Counted from the stretch's first letter, positions 29,058-38,491 are shown. The stretch: DNA of 64,000 bases from an uncultured Clostridia bacterium (GCA_944382715.1 CALWNC010000002.1:8738-72737), one strand, 5' to 3'. The notes: generated from the sequence alone by a model not told the origin. Numbers and translations are program-made.

Positions 29058-31313
29058 ATGAATTTTAAAAATAGAAACGCAACAAAACCAAATAGAGTAA
29101 CCATTACGCCAGAAAATGGTACTGCATTTACAGCAACAATTTCAAGAAATGATAGTCCAGTTTACAACCAAGAAGGGACTATGCTAACAGCAGAAGTATT
29201 TAATCAAATGTGTGATGACATTAATGCTAGTAATTCATTTGTTACGGGCGCAGAAAGTAGACTTCAAACGGTTGAAAGTGCCATTAATAACTTAGAGGTA
29301 AAAACCATTGTTGTTGACGAAAATACAAATCCTTCAGCTTCAATTTCGTCGTCAACTGATAACAAATTTAAAACAATTACATTTAATCTTCCAAAGGCAA
29401 AGCAAGGGAAATCATATAGAAATATGGGTGAATGGGTAAACACAAAAAGCTATGTTAATGATGAAAATTTTATTGATACAGTTTTTCTCAATGGTTGCAC
29501 ATATTTTTGCAAAATCAGCAATAACAATGTTCAGCCAGTTGACAACTCTGATTCTCAGTATTGGGGTTTGCTGGCTCGCCGTGGTGGGGAAGGCTCAGTT
29601 ACTATTGTTGATAATTTAAACAGTACAAGTTCTGACGCAGCTCTTTCAGCTAATCAGGGTAATTACATTAAGCAAAATTATGCTTTAAAATCGGGCAGTG
29701 TATATAAAGGAACTTGCCAAACTGCACAGTCAACAACAACGAAAGAAGTTGTCTGTGATGGGTTTGTCCTAGAAACTGGTGCAACCATTGATGTCAAATT
29801 TGATAATGCATCTGTATCTAGTGCGTACCTAAATGTAAACTCAACTGGTGCAAAGCAAATTAAATATCAATCGACTTCATATGGTCTATCCAATATTAGT
29901 GGGAGTTCTTATATTAGTGTTAGTTTTGGAGCTTGGAGTTCTGGCGACATCGTTAGATTTATTTATAATGGAACTTACTGGGTTGAAATATTTAATGTGT
30001 CAAGGGGAGTTAATGTTGGAAAACAAAATGCCTACAGTGCCGACAGTGCAACTTACGCAACATATGTTCGCACAAAATACGAGTCACCAACAGCCTCTAC
30101 CAAAAGATACTTAACTTTTGTTGATAGCAACAATTCTTCTTCACTTTCTGAGCAGTTATATACTGACGATGGAATTTCTTACGACAGTTACAACAACACT
30201 CTTCAAGTTGAAAATCTTTCTGACGGAACTATTAGTAAGCCTGTTTCTGAAATAATTTCTACAACTCAGCTTCCAATTGGTGCAATTTTTCAATCTGCAG
30301 TAAAACTAAATGACAGTGCATACCATGCACTTGATGGTTCTAGTTACTCGCAAAGTGGCATCTATTCAGAGTTTGTTTCTTGGCTCAAAGCACAGGTGTC
30401 TGCCGGTAATGCCACTACTTGCACTGAAGATGAGTTTTCAAATTCAGTTTCAAATACTGGCAACTGTGGAAAATTTGTAATAGACAATAACAACAATACT
30501 TTTAGGTTTCCCAAAATTACAAGATTTGTGCAGGGTATCTCTTCTGACAGTGAGATAGGCAATTCTATTGTTGCAGGTATTCCAAATATTAAAGGTGGAT
30601 TGGAACATACAGTTTCACTTGAGGGAACAAAACCAGCAAATGCTACGGGTTGTTTTAGCTGGAGTTTTTTGCAAGAAGGACATCATTATGAAATTAAATC
30701 AGGTGGCAATTCATGTGACCCAGTATTTAATGCCAATGACGGTTCAGCAATTAAGGGATTATACAGAGATGACGCAACTACAGTTCAGCCACAGGCAACT
30801 CAGTACCCATTTTACATAGTAGTTGCAAATTCAGCCAAAACAAGTGTTCAAACCAACATTGACAATATAACTAGTGACATAAATAACATTAATAGCAAAA
30901 TAGATAATAAATTTTGTTGTGATGGTTTTTTTATAAAAAATAAGACTTATACTTTTAATGAGAATTTATCTACAAATGTAATAGTAAAAGTGCCAGAAAT
31001 AACCAACAATTTAGAAGTTGAAACATTTACAATTAACACAAATGGAAGACCTCTTATTGTTTCAGGAAGCATATTTGGAACTTTTCAAAATATGTATAAT
31101 GCACAATTGAAGATTTGTATTGATGGCGTAGAAACCGAATTATTTGACACTTGGCAAGATGTTTCACATTGTTTTGAATTTACAAGAATAATCAAGGGAA
31201 TTCAAAAAGGTGATCATAGTGTGAAATTTATTATTAAAGGAAATGGACAAACAGATCAAACCTTTAATATTCCAAATCATGCAACAAATTATTTTGCAAT
31301 ATATGAAATTTAA
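29058..31313 (+). CDS. phage tail-fibre / receptor-binding-like protein (751 aa)
   Basis: N-terminus KPNRVTITPENGTAFTATISRNDSPVYNQEGTMLTAEVFNQM. Fibre motif VDNLNSTSSDAALSANQGNYIKQNY. Collar-like segment PIGAIFQSAV..YHALDGSSYSQSGIYSEFVSWL. Confidence 0.6.
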   Translation: MNFKNRNATKPNRVTITPENGTAFTATISRNDSPVYNQEGTMLTAEVFNQMCDDINASNSFVTGAESRLQTVESAINNLEVKTIVVDENTNPSASISSSTDNKFKTITFNLPKAKQGKSYRNMGEWVNTKSYVNDENFIDTVFLNGCTYFCKISNNNVQPVDNSDSQYWGLLARRGGEGSVTIVDNLNSTSSDAALSANQGNYIKQNYALKSGSVYKGTCQTAQSTTTKEVVCDGFVLETGATIDVKFDNASVSSAYLNVNSTGAKQIKYQSTSYGLSNISGSSYISVSFGAWSSGDIVRFIYNGTYWVEIFNVSRGVNVGKQNAYSADSATYATYVRTKYESPTASTKRYLTFVDSNNSSSLSEQLYTDDGISYDSYNNTLQVENLSDGTISKPVSEIISTTQLPIGAIFQSAVKLNDSAYHALDGSSYSQSGIYSEFVSWLKAQVSAGNATTCTEDEFSNSVSNTGNCGKFVIDNNNNTFRFPKITRFVQGISSDSEIGNSIVAGIPNIKGGLEHTVSLEGTKPANATGCFSWSFLQEGHHYEIKSGGNSCDPVFNANDGSAIKGLYRDDATTVQPQATQYPFYIVVANSAKTSVQTNIDNITSDINNINSKIDNKFCCDGFFIKNKTYTFNENLSTNVIVKVPEITNNLEVETFTINTNGRPLIVSGSIFGTFQNMYNAQLKICIDGVETELFDTWQDVSHCFEFTRIIKGIQKGDHSVKFIIKGNGQTDQTFNIPNHATNYFAIYEI

Positions 31314-31323
31314 AAGTGCAAAA

Positions 31324-31357
31324 AAAGCTAAATTTTTATAAATTTAGCTTTTTTTAT
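31324..31357 (+). terminator. rho-independent terminator
   Basis: Stem aaagctaaattt / aaatttagcttt followed by a T-run. Confidence 0.7.
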
Positions 31358-31497
31358 TAAAATTTTGATAAGAATTGCGATTTTTAAGTATTAATTTATT
31401 GATTTTTTCTGAAAAATTCAATAAATAACTACTTATATAAATAAATTATAAAGATTATAAATTAAAGTTTTACAAAAGTTAACGCAAATTTTGTACA

Positions 31498-31995
31498 TTA
31501 CTTATTAAATTTAAATAGAATAGGAGTACAAGACAAAATATTCAAAAATGGTGCATTTCTTGACGATTTTAAACCATATGCCACATTAATAAATCCAGCA
31601 ATATTAACTCCACTTGTCACGCAGATAATAGTATCATTGTTATCGTACATTGAAATTAAATCTTTTACAGCATTCATTATTCTGTTTTGACATTCAACCC
31701 AAGATTCACTTTCACGGCTCCTATACTCGTCAAATCTTTTATCAAGTATAATTGGAACATTTAGTTTGCTATTAATAATTTCTGCAGTTTTTTTGCTTAT
31801 GTTATTATTTGGAGTATAAATTGCCTTTATGTTCAAACCATTTTCAGAAATTGTTTTTGAGATAAGCTGAGAGCATAAGGTAGCGTCCTTTACTTCTAAA
31901 TCACTTATATTTTCATTTTCCATCAAATCATTTTGCAATATATGATTTGCGTGATGACAATAAATTATATTCATAAATGCCTCCAAAAAATTCAA
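31498..31995 (-). CDS. histidine-phosphatase-fold-like protein with degenerate catalytic motifs
   Basis: The layout resembles the phosphoglycerate-mutase family. However, the RHG position reads YCHHANH and the distal SHG reads VTSGVN. Confidence 0.35.
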   Translation of the reverse strand: MNFLEAFMNIIYCHHANHILQNDLMENENISDLEVKDATLCSQLISKTISENGLNIKAIYTPNNNISKKTAEIINSKLNVPIILDKRFDEYRSRESESWVECQNRIMNAVKDLISMYDNNDTIICVTSGVNIAGFINVAYGLKSSRNAPFLNILSCTPILFKFNK

Positions 31996-31998
31996 TTT

Positions 31999-32793
31999 TT
32001 ATATACATAAATTGATTATTCTTAAAAATTCGTCTATGTCTTTAACTTCAAATGAAACTATCTTCCCGTTCAGCTTAGCATTTGGGTAGTTTGAATATTT
32101 CTTTGCTAGTCTATAATTTGTGTATTCTATTTCCAAACTATCCACCTTTGGTAGATAGATATTTTTATTGTTTTCAAAAATATTATTTTTTTTCATTTCT
32201 TTTAAGGATATTTCAATTTCATTCATTACTTTTTTAGGCGATTTGCTAATGTAAGAAGTGTTTGATAAATTTTTAGTAATAACATTATTTATTTCGGGGA
32301 AAATATTTTGTGCTTCTTTAACTGCACTTTCATCTCCAAGTATAAATATAGTAGGAACATTATATATTGATGAATTTATAATTGCCAGTGTGGTTTCACC
32401 AATTCTCTTGCCATTAAGTCTTACTTCATAAACAATATCATCACTGATAGTATGAGAAAGAGGGTACTTAAATTCTCCACCTGCAGCATGATATCCTATT
32501 AACATCACTGCACTATAAGAACTGTCTAATCCAGTTAAATTTCTACCATCGTCACCACGAATAATTTTGCAATTTTCAGGTAAATCTTTTATTAGTATAT
32601 TTGTTTCTGTCCAGTGACCATCTTTAACGCAAATTTCGTCGTACTCACGACTCATAATTTCACATACTTTTAATACTTCGTTTGTCATTATTTCTTGAAA
32701 CTGCGAGTATACACTTGATTTTTGATTAACCTCGTCCCAGTTGCAGTTTCCCGTTGTTCCTTCCATATCACAGGCAACATATAATTTTTTCAT
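31999..32793 (-). CDS. M55-family D-aminopeptidase (DppA-like)
   Basis: MKKLYVACDMEGTTGNCNWDEV N-terminus and a length of 264 aa. Confidence 0.65.
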   Translation of the reverse strand: MKKLYVACDMEGTTGNCNWDEVNQKSSVYSQFQEIMTNEVLKVCEIMSREYDEICVKDGHWTETNILIKDLPENCKIIRGDDGRNLTGLDSSYSAVMLIGYHAAGGEFKYPLSHTISDDIVYEVRLNGKRIGETTLAIINSSIYNVPTIFILGDESAVKEAQNIFPEINNVITKNLSNTSYISKSPKKVMNEIEISLKEMKKNNIFENNKNIYLPKVDSLEIEYTNYRLAKKYSNYPNAKLNGKIVSFEVKDIDEFLRIINLCI

Positions 32794-32953
32794 ACAAAAC
32801 TCCTCACTATTGTTAATTTTTTATCTATATTTTCACCTTGAATAAAAATTAGTAATCATGTTTTTACTTACTATTTTTTTAGACTTATTATTTTATTATA
32901 TTTATGCTAAAGTGTAATTAATTGTTTTTATTATTCACCAATTTAACTAGCAT

Positions 32954-33552
32954 TTATTTATTTTGACTTTGTTTTATCACTAAAATTTTATCATAGATAT
33001 CATACCAAGAATAACATCTCAATATGTTTTTCCCGTCACACATTTTATTATATCTTGCGTCATAACATATTACTGGAATAAACTCAGACAATGTATTAAT
33101 GTGTTTTGGAGAGTCGTCAATCATAATATCAATTTTATTTTTTCACACTCACTTTGTTTGTCTTTCCCAGTCCACACTATATTGTCATAAATAATATTAT
33201 ATCTGTTAAGCCAATCAATTACAATCTCTTTCATATTTTCGGTAGAAATGTCACAGTATGATAGGTCGCTAGTTCTTGCTGTTACGATATAAATTTCATT
33301 TCCGTCATTTTTCAATTTTTTAATTACTTCCGAGGCGAAATCCCTTGCTGGATATTTAATATAGTCATAAATTGCCTTTCCCCAAAATAAATTATCTTCT
33401 GCTTGACTTCCGTTAAAGATTTGTTTACTTCCATATCCGTTAGGATTAACTAAATGTTTACTTGTGTTCTCAAAATAAAATTTGCTACCATATTCAATTT
33501 CAAATTGTTCTACATTTGTTAAGACGCCATCAATGTCAATTCCAATTCTCAT
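32954..33552 (-). pseudogene. HAD-type 5'(3')-deoxyribonucleotidase (NT5C-like) split by a -1 frameshift
   Basis: The 33121-33552 frame starts MRIGIDIDGVLTN. The expected C-terminus (DIMIDDSPKHINTLSEFIPVICYDARYNKMCDGKNILRCYSWYDIYDKIL) is in another frame at 32954-33130. The shift lies in T/A runs at 33133-33143. Confidence 0.7.
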
Positions 33553-34067
33553 AATATCACCTATGTAAATTACTTTAATTTTAAAAATTCTTTAAATTTG
33601 CATTAATAACAAAAATATTTAATATTAAATTAATAAAAATGCAGTTTTTGAATTAAATTTCAATAGAATTTTATAAAATTATAAATATTTACTGCAAATC
33701 TACAGTATATTTCTTAAAAAATAAATGAAATTTTAAGAAAACAATAAATAAATATCAAATAAATATTAATTACTAATTGTATTATATCATATTTTTATTT
33801 TTTTGCATAGATTTTTACATTTTAACTAAATTTTTTTTAGTAAATTATTGATTAAAAAAATGTTTTTATTGGTTATATTTAATAATTAAAATTTTACAAA
33901 TAAAATTATAATATTCAATTAAGAAAATTTTTTATTTTTTAAAACCATATACAAAGCTTTAAAATTATGGTAAAATTATTTTAATTATTTCATTACTGAA
34001 AATTTATTTTAATTTAAAGTTTATCTGTAAAAACTAGAACAAAGCTGTATTAGGGGGGGGAGAATAA

Positions 34068-34541
34068 GTGATAACAATAAAAACTGAAATAAATGAAGAT
34101 GCACAGAGAGCACTTACTAAAAGGATTCAAAGAATTTACCTTGCACTAATAGTTATTAGTAGTATTGGTCTCTCGGCTTATATTGTGTTCAGTGTGATTT
34201 TTATTGATGCTGATTATCTTGAATATTTACTTCTTTTTGCCATTCCATTTGGATTTAGTCTAATTTTTTACATTACCATAAATACAAATATTAAGAAAAT
34301 GGAAGAAAACAAATTTGTAAATGAGTATGAATTTGAAAATGAATACTTTAATGTAAAGACTTCTAGAGACGGAGATGAGATTGGTACTCAAAAAATTTAT
34401 TATAAAGATATTGTAAAAATTAAGGAAGATAATGAGTATATTTTTATTTATATTAATAGGACTAATGCTTATATTGTTAAAAAGGATAATGCCAGCTTGG
34501 AAAATTTACAAAGACTTAAAGTAATGTTAAATATCGAATAA
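34068..34541 (+). CDS. small membrane protein (two TM segments plus a soluble domain; YcxB-like layout)
   Basis: GTG start 7 nt after a G8-AG tract. Hydrophobic segments LALIVISSIGLSAYIVFSVIFI and LLLFAIPFGFSLIFYITI. Confidence 0.45.
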   Translation: MITIKTEINEDAQRALTKRIQRIYLALIVISSIGLSAYIVFSVIFIDADYLEYLLLFAIPFGFSLIFYITINTNIKKMEENKFVNEYEFENEYFNVKTSRDGDEIGTQKIYYKDIVKIKEDNEYIFIYINRTNAYIVKKDNASLENLQRLKVMLNIE

Positions 34542-34671
34542 TATACTTTACAATGTGCTTTTATATGTATTTTATTTTTGGTTTCAAATAGATTTTTAAT
34601 ATTTGTATATTATTTTTATGCCCTCATTATTTTAAGTGACAAAACTATAAATTTTTTGTTATTATAATCAT

Positions 34672-35265
34672 ATGGAAACTACAAATTTTATTATTGTTTC
34701 AGGCTGTGCAGGTGCTGGAAAAACGACACTATCGAAAATTTTATGTAACAATATTCACGCAATTTATGTTAACAAGGACACTGTTTGTGAGAAATTTACT
34801 AATTTAGTTTTAAAAACAAATGGTTTTAATGTAAATAGTAGGGAGAATTCATTTTATAAAGATTTTGTACGTCCAGTTGAATATCAAACAACGTTTGATT
34901 TATGCAAAGAAAATTTAAGGTTAAAAAATGATGTAATTTTGGAAATTCCTTTGATTGCAGAGATTGGAGATTATCAAAAATTAGATAACCTTATTGATTT
35001 TGACAAAATGAAAAACGAAAATATTTTAGTAAAAATTATCTGGATAAAACACAATGAAAAATTGGAGCACGAAAGAATTTCATTACGAAATTTTTTAAGG
35101 GACCAAAATAAGCTTAAAAATTGGGAAGAGTATAGTGAAAGTGTTAAAAATATTGTACCCACGAAAGAGATTAATCCATTCATTTTCGATGGTGAAAACT
35201 TTGAGCAGGAACTTGTAAGATTAGAAAATTGGCTAAATCAAATGAATTATGATTATATAATCTAA
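34672..35265 (+). CDS. P-loop NTPase / small-molecule kinase-like protein
   Basis: Walker A IIVSGCAGAGKTTL. Confidence 0.55.
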   Translation: METTNFIIVSGCAGAGKTTLSKILCNNIHAIYVNKDTVCEKFTNLVLKTNGFNVNSRENSFYKDFVRPVEYQTTFDLCKENLRLKNDVILEIPLIAEIGDYQKLDNLIDFDKMKNENILVKIIWIKHNEKLEHERISLRNFLRDQNKLKNWEEYSESVKNIVPTKEINPFIFDGENFEQELVRLENWLNQMNYDYII

Positions 35266-35479
35266 TTTAGTCTGATTTATAACTACGCAATAACAAAATG
35301 AGCTATTTTAATGTAAATGTAAAAATTATAAAAAATAAATTTCTTATAAAAATTTAATTTTAACGCAAATTATTTATAAAACTTGAATAAATTATATTTT
35401 TTTAATAAAAAGACTGCAAAAATGCAGTTTTTTTTGTTAAAATTATTATTTTAATGAAAATATTTTTAAAATTGAAATT

Positions 35480-35967
35480 CTAAATTTTTATGCTATGCCA
35501 AATATCAATTTCATCTTTTGTTGGTTCTTCCCATCTAGATAATAACTTATTCATAAGATACTCATCTAAATAATAATTATAACCACCATTACCCTCTAAA
35601 ATTTCTTTATTCCTTTTTTTTATGTTTTCTTCCCATAAGTCTTTATCAATATCTATATAGTGCCATTCACACTTTATTTTATGATTTTTATAAAAGTCTT
35701 TAATAAATTCTCTATCTTGTTTTGTCCAAAATCCCCAATCAATAATTACATTACAATCAATTTTAATTAATTCAACAGATTTAGATAAAAAATATTTCCA
35801 AATTCTCTTTGACATTTCGTCGTGATTTTCACCAAGATTATTTTCAAATAAAAAGTAAGTAATTTCATCACAAGATAAGATTACGGCTTTTTCTTTTTCT
35901 TTTAGTTGATTTGCATAATATGTCTTTCCACTGCATATTTTCCGCAAATTGCTATTATTTTTGCCAT
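35480..35967 (-). pseudogene. P-loop kinase-like protein with a 1-nt frameshift in the Walker A codons
   Basis: The ATG at 35967 gives MAKIIAICGK. The rest (ICSGKTYYANQL...) is in the next frame. One extra A in the run at 35938-35941 would restore CGKICSGKT. Alternatively the gene starts at a TTG. Confidence 0.55.
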
Positions 35968-36216
35968 TTTATATTCCTAACTATTTTACTAGGATTATAA
36001 TTTATTGTAATAGAATTTTTGAAAAAAGTAAATTAAACTTATTATTTTATTGAAAAAATTTATTAGATTAGTAAAATTGTTAAATTAAATTATTGAGTTT
36101 TTTAAATTTTATTTTATATAATTTTAGTAGCTGTATAAAATTATGTGATTTAGAATTTAAAGAAACATAATCAATATTTTGAAAATAATTTAGATTATGA
36201 TAGATTAAGAGAAAAT

Positions 36217-36444
36217 TTGGCAATTAGAATTAAAAATGAAGTTATAAATATTTGTAAAAACAAAAATAATAATGGTAAAATATTATCACAAGATGATATA
36301 TACATTTCAGATTATGCAAAAGATAGTTATCAAAAAGGCAATGGCGATTATGAATGGTTTGCAGAAACATTTACAAATTTAGAGTTATCTAATAATCCAA
36401 AGCCAATTGCACTTGCATTAAAAGAATATTTAAGGGGGTTATAG
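36217..36444 (+). pseudogene. probable 3' remnant of a polymorphic-toxin gene
   Basis: No ATG (TTG in the track). It ends ...YEWFAETFTNLELSNNPKPIALALKEYLRGL, and this tail recurs at 36785-36868. A tightly coupled small acidic ORF follows. Confidence 0.45.
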
Positions 36445-36445
36445 C

Positions 36446-36784
36446 ATGGATTTAGCACCAATTTATTTAAAATATGAAGATGATTTTGAATATAAAGATA
36501 GTGGAGAAATTCTTTTTAAACCAACAGCCAGCAATTATGCAATAAAAGCTTATTTTCTTCAAGAATCAATCTATAAACAAATTAAAGGCGATAATGCGAT
36601 TATTAATTTTATGATTGATGAATTTAAGAAAAGCAATATATATGTTTTAAAGAGCGAAGCTGAAAGAAAAGCAATCATCAAATTTTTAAAAGATAATTCT
36701 AATATTGAAGAAATACTCAGAGAAGAAGATGACGAAGAAGATGATGAAGATTCTGATTATGACGATGTTATAGTAATATCTTAA
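36446..36784 (+). CDS. small acidic immunity-like protein (112 aa)
   Basis: Starts 1 nt after the upstream stop. Poly-D/E tail. Paralogous to 36871-37182 (MIDEFKKSNIYVLKSEAERKAIIKFLKDN versus MIEMFKNSKCYQAKTEEERQEIIQYLIDN). Confidence 0.55.
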   Translation: MDLAPIYLKYEDDFEYKDSGEILFKPTASNYAIKAYFLQESIYKQIKGDNAIINFMIDEFKKSNIYVLKSEAERKAIIKFLKDNSNIEEILREEDDEEDDEDSDYDDVIVIS

Positions 36785-36868
36785 CAATTAAAAACTATAT
36801 TCTTAGAACTTGCAGAAAAACCAGCACCAATAGCACTTGCTCTTGGTGACTATTTAAAGGAGTACGAA
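36785..36868 (+). pseudogene. 28-codon toxin-tail remnant
   Basis: QLKTIFLELAEKPAPIALALGDYLKEYE matches the end of 36217-36444. Its stop overlaps the next ATG (TAATG). Confidence 0.45.
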
Positions 36869-36870
36869 TA

Positions 36871-37182
36871 ATGAAATTATATTATTTTATGTATCCAGAA
36901 CACAAAAATGAATATGTTAAAGTTGAAGAATCAGAAGATAATGTTGTTGGACTTGAACCTGCCGACAATGCAACAAAGGAAGCTATTCAAGGATTATATA
37001 GATTTAATGTAAATGCGAGAGTTCATCAAAAACATTATGATGAAAAAGACATTAGCAATCAAATGATAGAAATGTTTAAAAATAGTAAATGCTATCAAGC
37101 AAAAACAGAAGAAGAAAGACAAGAAATAATACAATATTTAATAGATAATCCAGAACCAGATAATCCATTTATAGATTATTAA
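36871..37182 (+). CDS. small immunity-like protein (103 aa), paralog of 36446-36784
   Basis: Shared motif block with the upstream small ORF and the same position relative to a toxin-tail remnant. Confidence 0.55.
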   Translation: MKLYYFMYPEHKNEYVKVEESEDNVVGLEPADNATKEAIQGLYRFNVNARVHQKHYDEKDISNQMIEMFKNSKCYQAKTEEERQEIIQYLIDNPEPDNPFIDY

Positions 37183-37205
37183 TAAAAACTTCATTTTAAT
37201 TCTAG

Positions 37206-37559
37206 TTGCCTTCAAAAATGGAGGTGACTATGACAACGCAAAGAGAACTTAAAAAACAAAACCGAAATAAAATTATATTAGAAGCTGAAAATCTGAAAGA
37301 ACAAATAAATCAGCTTACTATTTCTGAGCAGTCTAAAAGTAGACTGCTATTTTCCGTTGCAAGCATTATTTTACTTACAGAGGCACAATCAGAGGCAATA
37401 AGGCTTGCCGATGTTGTTTGCTTTGATTTTAAAAATAAAAGAGAAAAGGAAGTACAAATTAAAAAAGCATTACGCAAAGAGCTTAATAATATTCTTTTAC
37501 CAAAAGAAGAAACAACTTCAAGTGAACTTCAAATGAATTTTGAAAATTTAGAAAATTAG
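37206..37559 (+). CDS. hypothetical protein (~113 aa)
   Basis: ORF with no motif. The start is probably the ATG at 37218. Confidence 0.4.
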   Translation: MPSKMEVTMTTQRELKKQNRNKIILEAENLKEQINQLTISEQSKSRLLFSVASIILLTEAQSEAIRLADVVCFDFKNKREKEVQIKKALRKELNNILLPKEETTSSELQMNFENLEN

Positions 37560-37654
37560 ATATAAGAAATCAGTCAGTCAATTAAGTAAAAATAAGTATA
37601 TAAATAATAACCTGCCGTTCGGTAAATTAATAATAACGGTCAGTCAGGTTCAAA

Positions 37655-38049
37655 AAATTTGTGGCAAAGAAAATTTTGAAAAAATCATAAAGGCAGTTGA
37701 GAAAGTTGCAAAGTCGCAGTCCATCAAACTCGGTGGGCTGGTCAAGTCGCCCGGCGAAGTTCTGGATAAAATTGTTGGGCTACTACTCACCGAGGGGGGC
37801 TGGCGAGCAAATAAAAATTAAGCTTAACAACTTATCCGAGGCAAGTGGAATAACAAGTCCAACAGCTTATTTAATTGCTTTACTTTACAACCTAGCAATA
37901 GATTTTGAGAAAGAATTTAAACACATTGTTTCTCAGTTCCCATTAAAACAAACAAAAAAACAAAATAGTGATGCACTCAGACAACGAACTTACACAAAGA
38001 AGAACTTAAAAGTTTTTATGACTACTTAGACGAAGAAATTAAAACTTAG
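37655..38049 (+). pseudogene. decayed gene remnant with several frameshifts, locally GC-richer
   Basis: Protein-like stretches lie in three frames. They read NFEKIIKAVEKVAKSQSIKLGGLVKSPGEVLDKIVGLLLTEGG, then KLNNLSEASGITSPTAYLIALLYNLAIDFEKEF, then EELKSFYDYLDEEIKT*. One break is at a G6 run. Confidence 0.55.
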
Positions 38050-38212
38050 TCTAAAATTGTCGAATTGAATATATTTTTGTCGATTTGAACATTTTTGAAT
38101 AATAAAAGTTATTATGAAGTAAGCTCAAAAATTGTTTAAAAATTTTGAGAGCACTTTAAATTAGAATTTCTGAATAAACAGCTCAACCCTCATTGCAATT
38201 GAATTTTGTTAG

Positions 38213-38491
38213 TATGGCTGCGCAAATGCACCTGAATTCGAACCTTTTGATAAAATAACGAATGCCAACCTTGGGAAAAGGGAGTTTGAAACCGAAATTG
38301 GCAAAACTGTATCTGCAAATCAGAAGGTTGAAACCAAAAATAAGAAAAGGGGAAGACCTAAAGCAAAAAACAAAACAACCCCACCAGCTATTCAAAAATT
38401 TTCAAACCACATCAAATTCATCGACTACATCCCAACCCGTGAAATCATAACATACCGACACCTCTTCGCCTACGGCTTTTATGTGGAATAG
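38213..38491 (+). pseudogene. start-less ORF remnant (92 codons)
   Basis: Open frame with no ATG. It ends ...RGRPKAKNKTTPPAIQKFSNHIKFIDYIPTREIITYRHLFAYGFYVE*. Confidence 0.35.

Noticed and set aside
33553-34050. Long AT-rich intergenic regions (33553-34050, 35266-35479, 35968-36216, 43699-43995, 58038-58217), scanned for tRNA, small RNA or repeat arrays.
   Set aside because: I could not recognise any cloverleaf-capable GC-containing segments, conserved riboswitch cores or periodic repeats. Only ordinary promoter- and terminator-like hairpins are present.
38183-38450. Listed ORFs 38183-38395 (-) and 38262-38450 (+).
   Set aside because: They overlap each other and a third, longer start-less frame in a region of decayed sequence. 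Their translations are low-complexity (K/P-rich or Cys/Phe-rich). I treated them as non-genes.
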